This document shows, in pieces, positions 40,823 to 51,181 of a DNA stretch of 64,000 nt (within the stretch, counting starts at the first letter, position 1; the number at the start of each line of letters is the position of its first letter). Under the pieces are notes generated by a model that saw only the letters and a list, made by a program, of their open reading frames with translations, was not told the DNA's origin and did not search any database. The stretch is from an uncultured Clostridia bacterium (GTDB taxonomy: Bacteria > Acidobacteriota > Blastocatellia > UBA7656), in NCBI GenBank assembly GCA_964468725.1, contig CAYXVU010000002.1, positions 993 through 64,992 of the forward strand, read 5' to 3'. Both the position numbers and the translations under genes were made by a program.

Positions 40823-40905
40823 CCGCGCAGCATTTCTCCGTTGTCATTGGCTTGCTATAATCACTTTGCCATTTTGATGATTATCTATAGCAAGGAGCCG
40901 TTTGC

Positions 40906-41445
40906 ATGCAGGATCAATCGTCTTCGACTCGTGAGAAGAAGCGCGAGCAGTTCACCCAGTCCGCCGCGCCGAAAGATAAGACCAAACTCATATTGACGCT
41001 CATCGCGGTCGCCTTACTTGCGGCTGCCGCCTACGCCGTCATCAGCAGTATGAGCGAGAGTGCTACGCCTGCGCCCGCGCCGCTGGCGACGACGCCGGTC
41101 GGCACGGACGTGCGCATCCCCATCGCCGACCTCAATGGCGGCAAAGCGAAATTCTTCGATTACACGGTCGCGGGCAACAAGGCCGTGCGCTTCTTCGCCG
41201 TCAAAAGCCCGGATGGAAAATACCGCGCGGCGATGGATGCCTGCGACACCTGCTATCACGCGAAAAAAGGCTACTCGCAACAAGGCGAAGACATGATCTG
41301 CAATCAGTGCGGCCTGAAGTTTCACTGCAACCTGATTAACGAAGTCTCCGGCGGTTGCAATCCCGTCGGCGTGCCGCTTGCCGTCGAAGGCGATAATCTC
41401 GTCATCAAAGCCAGCGAGTTGGAGAGCCGCAGCCGATATTTCTAA
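40906..41445 (+). CDS. Cys-rich membrane-anchored protein (DUF2318-like)
   Basis: An N-terminal TM helix, then CDTCYH...CNQCG...C, which is four or more cysteines. Confidence 0.4.
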   Translation: MQDQSSSTREKKREQFTQSAAPKDKTKLILTLIAVALLAAAAYAVISSMSESATPAPAPLATTPVGTDVRIPIADLNGGKAKFFDYTVAGNKAVRFFAVKSPDGKYRAAMDACDTCYHAKKGYSQQGEDMICNQCGLKFHCNLINEVSGGCNPVGVPLAVEGDNLVIKASELESRSRYF

Positions 41446-41610
41446 CACGAATCAAGAGGAGAAATCCGGGGGCAAGAATCAGCAGAAGCGCCCGTTGAGC
41501 GGCGGTCTTTGACCGCCGTCCTTTGGCCAGCCAGTTGGGGGTATATTGGCCTTGCTCAACACGCACAACACTACATCGGACATCTGAAACCTGACGCCTG
41601 TGATTTGCTT

Positions 41611-42846
41611 ATGAGAATTCGCACTATCGCGCTTGCCAATCTGAAACGCCGCAAAGGCAAAGCTCTCTTTCTGACTGCCGGGATTGCCATCGGCATCGGC
41701 ACGGTCGTCGCTCTGCTCAGTTTGAGCGGTCTGATTAGAGAAGAGATCGGCGCGCAGCTTGATCGTTTTGGCGCGAACATCATCGTGCTGCCGCAATCGA
41801 ATAATCTGACTCTCGATTACGGCGGCATCGCTGTGTCGGGCGTCTCCTTCGACGTGCAGCAACTCAAAAGCGAAGACGCTACACAGGTGCGCGACATCGA
41901 GTATGGGTATCGCCTCGCCGTCATCGCGCCCAAACTGCTCGGCGCTATCAAAATTGAAGACCGCGAAGTTCTGCTTGCCGGAGTAGATTTCGAAAGCGAA
42001 TTGAAACTCAAACGTTGGTGGCACATCGTCGGCAATACGCCGGAAAAAGAGACCGATGTATTGCTCGGTTATGAAGTCGCGCGCGCCTTATCGCTCATTG
42101 AACTGACGCCCCACACTGAACCTGCCGTGCATAGCGATGAGCATCACGGTGATGATGCCCATCATCCTTTCACCATCACGCGCGGGCGCGTGCAGATTGC
42201 CGGACGTGAGCATCGCGTTACCGGCGTGCTCGCGCAAACGTCGGGGCCGGAAGACCGCATGATTTTCGGTGCGCTTGCCCATGTTCAATCCCTGCTCAAC
42301 AAGCCCGCACAACTGAGCCTGATCGAAGTCAGCGCCCTGTGCAAAGATTGCCCGGTCGGAGACATCGTCGCGCAAATCGCTGCGCGCTTGCCGCACGCTA
42401 AAGTTTCGGCCATTCAACAGTCCGTGCGCGCCCGCGAACAGACGGTCGAGCGATTGACGCGTTTTTCGGCGGTTGTCTCCTTTGTCGTACTTGCCATCGG
42501 CGCGTTGATGATCTTCACCACCATGATGAGTTCGGTCATCGAACGCACCAAAGAGATCGGCGTCCTGCGCGCCATCGGCTTTCGCAAATCTCACATCATC
42601 AAAGAGCTGATGATCGAAGTCGCTACTATCAGCATCGCGGGCGGCCTGCTGGGTTGGACCATCGGCGTACTGGCAAGCTGGCTGGCGTTGCCCTACTTTG
42701 CCGAGACCGAAGTTCATTTCAACTTGAACCCGACCTTGGCGCTTGCGGCCATCGCGGCGGGGTTGGTCATCGGCACGCTCAGCAGCCTCTACCCCATCCT
42801 GCGCGCCTCGCGCCTCGACCCGTCCGAAGCCGTGCGCTACGTTTGA
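41611..42846 (+). CDS. FtsX/MacB-like ABC transporter permease
   Basis: A TM segment, a large periplasmic loop, and a C-terminal three-TM FtsX domain. There is a His-rich stretch HSDEHHGDDAHH. The start was reassigned to MRIRTIALANL. Confidence 0.65.
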   Translation: MRIRTIALANLKRRKGKALFLTAGIAIGIGTVVALLSLSGLIREEIGAQLDRFGANIIVLPQSNNLTLDYGGIAVSGVSFDVQQLKSEDATQVRDIEYGYRLAVIAPKLLGAIKIEDREVLLAGVDFESELKLKRWWHIVGNTPEKETDVLLGYEVARALSLIELTPHTEPAVHSDEHHGDDAHHPFTITRGRVQIAGREHRVTGVLAQTSGPEDRMIFGALAHVQSLLNKPAQLSLIEVSALCKDCPVGDIVAQIAARLPHAKVSAIQQSVRAREQTVERLTRFSAVVSFVVLAIGALMIFTTMMSSVIERTKEIGVLRAIGFRKSHIIKELMIEVATISIAGGLLGWTIGVLASWLALPYFAETEVHFNLNPTLALAAIAAGLVIGTLSSLYPILRASRLDPSEAVRYV

Positions 42847-42947
42847 AGCGGCGACCTTCTTGCAGTAAAGTATGCGCGCTTGCAAACGGCACGGGTTGAA
42901 AGCGGTTCATCTCAGCCCGCATCTCATCAAAGGGGATTAGAAAGATC

Positions 42948-43904
42948 ATGATTCGCAGAGTCGCCGCCATCGCTTGGGCAGTTTGTCTGCTGTGGAGTTC
43001 AACTATGACGATACGCGCAGAGCAACCGAACGCTTCAGAGGATAAGTTTCTCGGTCGTTGGGATGTCACCGTGCATGCGGCCAACGGAACCAACTACCCG
43101 TCATGGTTTGAAATTCAGCGCGAGGGCGACAAACTCGCGGGGCGCTTCGTCGGGCGCGTTGGCAGTCAACGCCCGCTCACCAAAGTCGAAATCAGCGGCG
43201 GCCAATTGAACATCGCGCTGCCCTCTCAGTATGAACGACAGATCATTACTCTCGGCTTCACCGGCAAGTTCGTCGGCAACAAGTTGATGGGCGACACCAC
43301 CGATGAGGAGCAGAAGCCCGCCAAATGGACGGCAACGCGCGCGCCTCTGTTGATGAACAAAAAAGCGCCGGTGTGGGGCAAGCCTGTCACGCTTTTTAAC
43401 GGGCGCGATTTGACCGGCTGGCAGTTGCGCGACCCCAAATCCGCAAAAGCATGGAAAGTCGAAGACGGCGTATTGGTCAACGAACCCGGTTCGACCGACA
43501 TCGTCAGCACGGCGAAGTTCAAAGACTTCAAACTGCACATCGAATTCAAAATGGTCGAAGGCAGCAACAGCGGCGTCTACACGCGCGGGCGTTACGAAGT
43601 GCAGATTCAAGACGACTTTGGCAAAGACCCCGATAGCCGTCGCATGGGCGGCGTCTATGGCTTCATCGCGCCGACCAAAAACGCCGCAAAGAGAGCGGGC
43701 GAATGGCAGACCTATGACATCACGCTCATCGGTCGCCGGATTACCGTCGTGTTGAATGGCGAGACGATCATCGAAAACGCCGAGATACCCGGCATCACCG
43801 GCGGCGCGCTCGACAGCGACGAAGGCGCGGCGGGCGCGATTATGATGCAAGGCGATCATGGCAAAATTTACTACCGCAACATCGTCATCACTCCCGCACG
43901 TTGA
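42948..43904 (+). CDS. Secreted DUF1080-type (3-keto-disaccharide hydrolase / LamG-like) domain protein
   Basis: A signal peptide, and the pattern TGW...W.VEDG.L...F.DF.L..EFK...NSGVY.RG..EVQI.D...GEWQTYDI...GI. Confidence 0.55.
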   Translation: MIRRVAAIAWAVCLLWSSTMTIRAEQPNASEDKFLGRWDVTVHAANGTNYPSWFEIQREGDKLAGRFVGRVGSQRPLTKVEISGGQLNIALPSQYERQIITLGFTGKFVGNKLMGDTTDEEQKPAKWTATRAPLLMNKKAPVWGKPVTLFNGRDLTGWQLRDPKSAKAWKVEDGVLVNEPGSTDIVSTAKFKDFKLHIEFKMVEGSNSGVYTRGRYEVQIQDDFGKDPDSRRMGGVYGFIAPTKNAAKRAGEWQTYDITLIGRRITVVLNGETIIENAEIPGITGGALDSDEGAAGAIMMQGDHGKIYYRNIVITPAR

Positions 43905-44084
43905 GCAAAACGAAAGCCATCTGAGCAACCGTGCTGCATTGCCAAACATTGCACGAATCTTCTCGCATCCGCAGGAACGTTTGCGAATGATTCGTGCCCG
44001 TTTCGTGTTACGCTAACAAACTTCCCCTGCTGCCAATCGAACCGCGCTTCGGTTGTAGAGGGGGGTGCGAGAGGAATATCGCGC

Positions 44085-45224
44085 TTGTTCAAAAAAGTTC
44101 TGGTGCTGTCAGCTTCGTCGGGAGCCGGGCATATGCGCGCTGCCGAAGCCATTGAACGTGCCTTCATCGAAACCGGCGCGGCTGCCGAAATCCGTCACGT
44201 TGATACGCTTCAGTACACCAACAAGCTCTTTCGCACGCTCTACTCGAAAGCCTACATTGACATGGTCAACAAAGCGCCCGACGTGCTCGGCTGGCTCTAC
44301 GATCAATTCGACAAGCCCTGGCAAAACGAACGCCGTCGTCTCGCTTTCGATAAGCTCAACACCCGCGCTTTCGTGAAGCTGCTTGAACAGGAGCAGCCAG
44401 ACATCACCATCTGCACCCACTTCCTGCCCGCCGAAATCATCTCGTGGCTCAAAGCTAAAGAGCGACTGTCCACACAACAAGCCATCGTCGTCACGGACTT
44501 CGATGTGCACGCGATGTGGTTGTGCCATCATTACGAGCATTACTTTGTCGCGCTCGACGAAACGCGCGCGCACCTCGAACATCTCGGCATCGCGGCTCCT
44601 AAGATCACCGTATCGGGCATTCCCATTGACCCCGTCTTTACTCGCTTAAAAGACAAACGCGAGATGCGCGCGAAACACGGGCTCGCGCCGGAGCGCACGA
44701 CCATACTGGTTTCGGCGGGCGGGTTCGGCGTCGGGCCGATTCAGCACTTGATGAGCTCGCTATTGGAACTCAAACATCCGGCGCAAGTCATTGCCATCTG
44801 CGGACGCAATGCGGAGATGAAAGCCGAAATCGAAACCGTAACCTCGCAAATTCCCGCCTCCCATCCCGTTGCCTTCAAAGTCGTCGGCTACACCACTGAA
44901 ATGGACGAATACATGGCGGCGGCAGATATTCTGCTTGGCAAACCGGGCGGGCTGACGACCTCCGAAGCGTTGGCGAGCGGCTTGCTCTTTGTCATCGTCA
45001 ACCCCATACCGGGGCAGGAAGAGCGCAACTCGGATCATTTGCTCGAAGAAGGCGTCGCCATTCGGTGCAACAATCTGCCGGTGCTGGCGTTCAAGATTGA
45101 TCGCTTGCTTGATGACCCGGCGCGCGTCGCCCGCATGCAGGAAAACGCCCGCAGGCTTGCCCGTCCGCGCGCCGCTTTTGACATCGTAAGCCGATTACTG
45201 GAGGTGAAAGATCGTCGTCCGTAG
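44085..45224 (+). CDS. MGDG-synthase / UgtP-like glycosyltransferase (GT28 family)
   Basis: The N-terminal VLVLSASSGAGHMRAAEAI, and the diacylglycerol glycosyltransferase architecture. It uses a TTG start. Confidence 0.65.
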   Translation: MFKKVLVLSASSGAGHMRAAEAIERAFIETGAAAEIRHVDTLQYTNKLFRTLYSKAYIDMVNKAPDVLGWLYDQFDKPWQNERRRLAFDKLNTRAFVKLLEQEQPDITICTHFLPAEIISWLKAKERLSTQQAIVVTDFDVHAMWLCHHYEHYFVALDETRAHLEHLGIAAPKITVSGIPIDPVFTRLKDKREMRAKHGLAPERTTILVSAGGFGVGPIQHLMSSLLELKHPAQVIAICGRNAEMKAEIETVTSQIPASHPVAFKVVGYTTEMDEYMAAADILLGKPGGLTTSEALASGLLFVIVNPIPGQEERNSDHLLEEGVAIRCNNLPVLAFKIDRLLDDPARVARMQENARRLARPRAAFDIVSRLLEVKDRRP

Positions 45225-45363
45225 CCCATCGTTCATTGCCCATCGTTGAGCTTGATGAACGGGCGCATCAAAAATGCAGACAACGATGGCAACAAACAAC
45301 GGATGACGACCCGGCCAATGAGTCGGCAACAAACGACGGACGACTGACAACGGACTTCTGTTC

Positions 45364-46059
45364 ATGAAGAATCGCATCCTCATTGCGGAAGATGACGCGA
45401 AGACGGCGGCTTCGATCAAACTCTACCTCGAACACGCGGGGTTTGCGGTCACGCTTGTCGCCGATGGGCGGCAGGCGCTTGCCCAAGCGCGCGCCGGACA
45501 GATTGATTTGATCGTGCTCGACTTGATGTTGCCGGAGATCAGCGGCCTGGAAGTCTGCCGCCTGCTGCGCGCCGAAGCGGCGACGCCCATCATTATGCTC
45601 ACCGCCAAGACGACGGAAGAAGACCGCCTGCGCGGCCTCGATCTCGGCGCGGATGATTACATCTCGAAGCCTTTCAGCCTGCGCGAACTCGTCGCCCGTG
45701 TGCGCGCCGTGTTGCGGCGCAGCGGGCAAAAACCGGATGCGGCATCGGAGCTTCGCTTCGCCGATTTGACCATTGATCGGCTGCGCCATGAGGTTCGCGT
45801 TGGCAGGCAATCGGTACAACTGACGCCGACGGAATTCGATCTGCTGGAAACCTTTTTGCAATCGCCCGGTCGCGCTTTCACGCGCCGCGAGCTTGTCGAA
45901 CGCGCTTTCGGTTGGGATTATGAAGGCATGGAACGCACCGTAGACGCGCACATTCGCAACCTGCGCCGCAAGATTGATCTCGATCCTGCGCGCCCTTCTT
46001 ACATAGCGACGGTCTTCGGCGTCGGCTACAAACTGGCAACCCAAGACGATGATGTATAG
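45364..46059 (+). CDS. OmpR-family two-component response regulator
   Basis: A receiver (DLMLPEISG) plus a winged-helix domain. Confidence 0.85.
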   Translation: MKNRILIAEDDAKTAASIKLYLEHAGFAVTLVADGRQALAQARAGQIDLIVLDLMLPEISGLEVCRLLRAEAATPIIMLTAKTTEEDRLRGLDLGADDYISKPFSLRELVARVRAVLRRSGQKPDAASELRFADLTIDRLRHEVRVGRQSVQLTPTEFDLLETFLQSPGRAFTRRELVERAFGWDYEGMERTVDAHIRNLRRKIDLDPARPSYIATVFGVGYKLATQDDDV

Positions 46060-47494
46060 CTTGCAAGTCAAATTCCTGCTCGTCACGCTGACGATTTCCG
46101 TGCTGGCCATCGGCGCAATCGCCTTCTTTTCGAATCGCTCGACGAAGACCGAATTTCGTCGCTTTATCGAAGCCAATGACGAAACGCGCATGGAACGCAT
46201 CCGCGACTTGCTGACCGAACACTACGCGAAGACCAGCGATTGGTCGCAAGCGCAAAGTGCGCTCGAACAGGTTGGCAAAATCGGCGGTCAACAACTCGCC
46301 TTGCTCGACGCGCAGGGTCAGATCATCGCCGCCTGGCCGCCGGAGTTGTTGCAAGCTGAGATTACGCGCTCGCCGGATAACCGGTTTACCATGCGCCGTA
46401 GGGTGGTGAAAGAAGAGGCGTCCGCCAACGAAGAGCGCGTGCGCGTCATCGGCGAAGAAGAGCTTGTATTGGTCAATCCGCCCCATTTGATCTTTTTGAA
46501 TGCGACGGGCGAACTGACCGCCACTCTCTACCTGTTGCCGCCACCGCCCACAGAACAGGCTGATGAGCAAAAGGTCTTCTTCGCTTCGGTGGATCGAGCC
46601 TTGATCGTTGCGGTGGTGAGCATCGCTTTGGCGGTCTTGGTGGCGACGCTGATCCTGTCGGGGCGCATTCTGCGTCCGGTCGCTTCGCTCACACGCGCCG
46701 CGCAGTTGATGGAAAAAGGCGATTTGGAGCAGCGCGTCGAGACGCGATCAAAAGATGAGATTGGCCAGTTGGCTCAGGCCTTCAACGCCATGGCCGATAG
46801 TCTGGCGCGCACCGAACGGTTGCGCCGCAATATGGTCAGCGACATCGCGCACGAACTGCGCACGCCGCTGACCAACATTCGCTGTCAGATCGAAACTTTG
46901 CAAGACGGACTGGCGCAAGCCTCACCTGCGATGTTGGCCTCGTTGCACGAAGAGGCGATGCTGTTGAATCACCTGATTGATGACTTGCAGGAGTTGGCGC
47001 TTGCCGACGCCGGACAACTTCGTTTGCACTGCGCGCCGCTCGGAATTGATGAAGCGATTGGCAACGCCGTGAGCGCGATCAAACAACAGGCGGATAGCAA
47101 AGAGGTGACCATCAACCTCGACTTGCCAGAGGAGTTGCCCGCCGTCCATGCTGACGACAAACGAGTCGGGCAAATCCTCAGAAACTTGCTCGCCAATGCC
47201 ATCACCTACACCCCCGCAGCAGGCCGTATTCGGGTTCAGGCGCGGCAAGCCGAAAGCGCCATCGCCGTCACCGTCGAAGACAACGGCGCGGGCATCGCCC
47301 CCGAACATCTGCCAAATATCTTTGAACGCTTCTATCGCGCCGATGGCGCGCGCGCCCGCGCTACCGGCGGTGCGGGGCTGGGGCTGGCCATCGTCAAACA
47401 ACTGGTTGAAGCGCACGGCGGACAAATCCGCGTGGAGAGCGCAGCCGGTAGCCGAACGGCGTTCACCTTCACCCTTCCCATTCATCAACCGTAG
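46049..47494 (+). CDS. Sensor histidine kinase (TM, HAMP, HisKA, HATPase_c)
   Basis: H-box HELRTPLT, and G-boxes. It overlaps the RR stop. Confidence 0.8.
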   Translation: MMYSLQVKFLLVTLTISVLAIGAIAFFSNRSTKTEFRRFIEANDETRMERIRDLLTEHYAKTSDWSQAQSALEQVGKIGGQQLALLDAQGQIIAAWPPELLQAEITRSPDNRFTMRRRVVKEEASANEERVRVIGEEELVLVNPPHLIFLNATGELTATLYLLPPPPTEQADEQKVFFASVDRALIVAVVSIALAVLVATLILSGRILRPVASLTRAAQLMEKGDLEQRVETRSKDEIGQLAQAFNAMADSLARTERLRRNMVSDIAHELRTPLTNIRCQIETLQDGLAQASPAMLASLHEEAMLLNHLIDDLQELALADAGQLRLHCAPLGIDEAIGNAVSAIKQQADSKEVTINLDLPEELPAVHADDKRVGQILRNLLANAITYTPAAGRIRVQARQAESAIAVTVEDNGAGIAPEHLPNIFERFYRADGARARATGGAGLGLAIVKQLVEAHGGQIRVESAAGSRTAFTFTLPIHQP

Positions 47495-47672
47495 CACCCT
47501 CTGGCTCATCCGCCTCAAACAAGCGACTGATACGCCATACATAATCGCCGCCTAACATTTGCGCGTCTCGGATCAGTCTTTTCCCTGACCTTCTCATCTT
47601 CATCATTTCTTCATAAGCGCATGCTAATCTCGCCACATGAAGAAAACCGAACAGCGACATTGGAGGTGCGGC

Positions 47673-48791
47673 ATGGTCAGGGGCAAACCGACCTACGCGT
47701 TCGTCCTGATTTTTACCCTCTCCATTTTTGCGCTTGCACAAACCGATGCAGCGACCATCAGCAAAGGCAAACTCGGAGCCGCGCTCGACGAAGTGATGAC
47801 CAAAGCGATGGCCGAAGGTTTTTCCGGCGCGGTCTTGATCGCCAAAAACGGCGAAGTGTTGCTCCGCAAAGGTTACGGGCAGGCGAACCGCGAAAAGCAG
47901 ATTCCGGTGACTTCGAAGACCGTCTTTGACATCGGTTCGGTGTCGAAAGTCTTCACGGTTGCCGCCATCCTGACATTAGAACAACAGGGCAAACTTACGG
48001 TCGCCGACACTCTCGGCAAATTCTTCTCCGCCGTTCCTGCGGACAAAAGCGCCATTACCCTCCATCAATTACTGACCCACACGTCCGGACTGTTGGAATA
48101 TCACGACACCGAGGGCGACTTTGAAGCGATGACGCGTGATGAAGCCGTGCGCCGCATCTTCGCGCAGAAACTACTGGCCGAGCCGGGCAAGCAGTTCGCC
48201 TATTCCAATTCCGGCATGACACTGCTGGCAGCCATTGTCGAAATCGTTTCCGGTAAGAGCTTTCCAACTTACCTGCGAGAAAAACTGCTTGACCCTGCCG
48301 GAATGAGGCAAACAGGATTCTATCGCCATCCGTTGTGGTCGGAAGCGGATGTCGCACACGGCTATAATGCCAACCGTTTCGGCACAGAGAATTCGCCGCT
48401 CGTATGGCCGCAGATTTCGTGGGCGCTAATGGGCAATGGCGGCATGGTCTCGTCGCCCGCCGATCTTTATCTGTGGCTGCGAGTCTTGAAGAGCGAGAAA
48501 ATTCTTTCCGAGAAGAGCAAGCAAAAGATGTTCGCGCAGCAGTTCTCGCTCGGCGACAAACGCGCGGTGGGGTACGGCGTCGGCAGCGCGATCACCGAGC
48601 GAGGCACGCGCGTACTCAGTCACGCGGGGGCCAATGAGTTCGGGTTCTTTGCCTTCTGGGTCTACTATCCCGATGAAGACGCCGCCATCTTGATTAGCAG
48701 CAATTCAGGTCGCGCCGTCAATGTCGGCGAATTGCAAAAGCAACTCGCTCGCCTGCTATTTACAGCTCCGGGAGCCAGCCCCAAATCGTAA
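47673..48791 (+). CDS. Beta-lactamase-family serine hydrolase
   Basis: Signal peptide, and an SxxK motif SVSK. GGAGGT RBS. The start was reassigned to MVRGK. Confidence 0.65.
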   Translation: MVRGKPTYAFVLIFTLSIFALAQTDAATISKGKLGAALDEVMTKAMAEGFSGAVLIAKNGEVLLRKGYGQANREKQIPVTSKTVFDIGSVSKVFTVAAILTLEQQGKLTVADTLGKFFSAVPADKSAITLHQLLTHTSGLLEYHDTEGDFEAMTRDEAVRRIFAQKLLAEPGKQFAYSNSGMTLLAAIVEIVSGKSFPTYLREKLLDPAGMRQTGFYRHPLWSEADVAHGYNANRFGTENSPLVWPQISWALMGNGGMVSSPADLYLWLRVLKSEKILSEKSKQKMFAQQFSLGDKRAVGYGVGSAITERGTRVLSHAGANEFGFFAFWVYYPDEDAAILISSNSGRAVNVGELQKQLARLLFTAPGASPKS

Positions 48792-48920
48792 CCGACCGAA
48801 GCCCTATCAGATTGCTGGAGGGTCTTCATTAAATCTTCACAACTAGGTGCTAGATTTTTCGACCGTGAGAGTCGGGTTATCACCTCGACTGAAACTTATA
48901 AGAAGAGAGGCTGACATAGC

Positions 48921-51107
48921 TTGAAAAAAGTTCTATTCATCGCATTCTTCGGGTTGCTGTTTGCCGCGCCCGCTTCCGGCATCATCATTCGTCACGACCG
49001 CGATGACGCGCAATACCGCGCTCTCGGCGCGAAGTATGCGGCGGTCGGATTTGTCGGGCGTGACGGCGAAAGCGTATTGATCGCTCCGGAGTGGGTGTTG
49101 ACCGCTGCTCACGTGGCTGCCGATATTCCGGCGGGCGCGCGTCACATCATCTTCGGAAACAAACCCTATCCCATTGCCAGCGTCTTTCTGCATCCTGAAT
49201 GGAAGCAGAGCCCGCAAAACGACATTGCGCTCATCAAACTTGCCGAGCCGGTCAAAACGATTACGCCGGTCGCCCTCTACACAGAGAAAGACGAAGCCGG
49301 AAAGATTGTCACCTTTGTCGGGCGCGGCGACACCGGGACGGGGCTGACCGGGCCGACAAAGATGGATAAACAAGTGCGCGGCGCGACCAACAAAGTAGAC
49401 AATGCCGATAATCAGTGGGTCTACTTTTCGTTCGATGATCCGGCGACAGCGACCGAACTGGAAGGCATCAGCGGGCCGGGCGATAGCGGCGGCCCGGCGC
49501 TGATTGAAAGAGACGGCAAACTCTACACGCTCGGCGTCAGCATCGCGGGAGCGCCGGGGAAAAATGGTCGCGGCACCTATGGCGCGAAAGAGTTCTATAC
49601 GCGCGTGTCACTCTACATTGACTGGATCAAGCAGACCCTGAGCGGCGCAACCGTTTCGTCTATGCCCGCGAAAGACGCGCCCGTCGCGCAGGTCGCAGCA
49701 ACCTCACAAGCGGCGAATTTGCCCGACACTCCGACGGGGCGCAGAGTTGCCGCTTACCTCAAAGCCTTCAGCACCGGCGATGCCGATGTGATGCGCCAGT
49801 TTTTCACCGACAACTTCACGGCAGGCGTGCCGATTGAAGACCGGTTGGCGCGCTATAAACAGATTTCCTCCGATCTCGGCAAACTCGAGTTGCGGCGCGT
49901 TGTGCAGGTCACGGACGATAGCATCACCATCATCGTGCAGGCCGCTGGTGGCGATGCGCTCCAGTTCCAATTCGATTTTGAAGCGCCGCCTTCGAGCCGC
50001 ATCAAAGGCATTCGCGCGCAAAATGCCGGGGAAGAGATGGCCACCGCGCCGAGCATCGAAGTCAAAGCTCCGGCAAGCGAGGCGGAACTGGTCGGAGCAG
50101 TTGACGGATACTTCAAAAAGCTGGTTGACGCCGACGAGTTTTCCGGCGCGGTGCTGGTCGCCAAACAGGGCAAGCCGGTTTATCAAAAAGCCTTCGGGCT
50201 GGCCAGCAAAGAGTTCAATGTGCCGAATCGGCTCGATACCAAATTCAACACCGGCTCGATAGACAAATCCTATACACAGATCGCTATCGGGCAGTTGATC
50301 GAGCAAGGCAAACTGGCGGCTGACGACACTATCGGAAAGCATCTGCCCGACTATCCGAACAAACAGGCGGCAGAAAAAATCACCATCCTGCACCTGCTCA
50401 CCCACACATCGGGTATTGGCGATTTTTTCAACGAACGCTATTTCGCAACTCCGAAGAATCAGCTTCGCAACATCGCGGACTTTCTCAAACTCATCGCCGA
50501 CAAGCCGCTTGAGTTCGAACCTGGCGCGCGGCAACGCTATTCTAACGGCGGCTATGCGGTGCTCGGCGCGATCATCGAAAAAGTCTCCGGACAGAGTTAT
50601 TACGACTATGTGCGCGAGCACATCTTCAAACCCGCGGGCATGATGAGCACCGATTTTTATGAAGCCGATGTGCCGACGCCTAATTTGGCGCGCGGCTACA
50701 CGCGACGCGGCAATCCGAATGGTGGTGAAGACAAAGAGCGCAAGAGCAATCTGCTCATCCTTCCGGCGCGCGGCAGTTCGGCGGGCGGCGGCTATTCAAC
50801 GGTCGAAGACCTCTTGAAGTTTTCGCTCGCCGTGCAAAATGCTACGCTGCTCAGTCCGGCAATGACCCGATGGGCGCTTAATGAACGCACCGAAAAGCCG
50901 CCGGTAAAGGGCGCAGCCCCGGCTGCGAGTCAGCCCGGTCAACCCGGCGGCATGGGAATCGCAGGTGGTGCGCCGGGTCTCAATGCGGCGCTCGAAGCCG
51001 ACTCTCAGAGCGGTTATACGGTGATTGTGATGTCGAACTACGATCCGCCGACCGCCGAACGCGCAGCCATGCAGATCATGCGATGGATCGGTCAATTCTC
51101 GCGCTGA
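48921..51107 (+). CDS. Secreted fusion of a trypsin-like serine peptidase domain and a beta-lactamase-family serine hydrolase domain
   Basis: LTAAHVAADI plus GDSGGPALI (S1 fold) at the N-terminus. TGSIDKSYT (SxxK) and the beta-lactamase fold at the C-terminus. TTG start; signal peptide. Confidence 0.55.
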   Translation: MKKVLFIAFFGLLFAAPASGIIIRHDRDDAQYRALGAKYAAVGFVGRDGESVLIAPEWVLTAAHVAADIPAGARHIIFGNKPYPIASVFLHPEWKQSPQNDIALIKLAEPVKTITPVALYTEKDEAGKIVTFVGRGDTGTGLTGPTKMDKQVRGATNKVDNADNQWVYFSFDDPATATELEGISGPGDSGGPALIERDGKLYTLGVSIAGAPGKNGRGTYGAKEFYTRVSLYIDWIKQTLSGATVSSMPAKDAPVAQVAATSQAANLPDTPTGRRVAAYLKAFSTGDADVMRQFFTDNFTAGVPIEDRLARYKQISSDLGKLELRRVVQVTDDSITIIVQAAGGDALQFQFDFEAPPSSRIKGIRAQNAGEEMATAPSIEVKAPASEAELVGAVDGYFKKLVDADEFSGAVLVAKQGKPVYQKAFGLASKEFNVPNRLDTKFNTGSIDKSYTQIAIGQLIEQGKLAADDTIGKHLPDYPNKQAAEKITILHLLTHTSGIGDFFNERYFATPKNQLRNIADFLKLIADKPLEFEPGARQRYSNGGYAVLGAIIEKVSGQSYYDYVREHIFKPAGMMSTDFYEADVPTPNLARGYTRRGNPNGGEDKERKSNLLILPARGSSAGGGYSTVEDLLKFSLAVQNATLLSPAMTRWALNERTEKPPVKGAAPAASQPGQPGGMGIAGGAPGLNAALEADSQSGYTVIVMSNYDPPTAERAAMQIMRWIGQFSR

Positions 51108-51181
51108 TGAGTTTGCGCTCGCAGCAATGACGAAGGCAATCGTTGATTGGTTTGTGCTCGCAGCGATAGTGAATGCTATAG

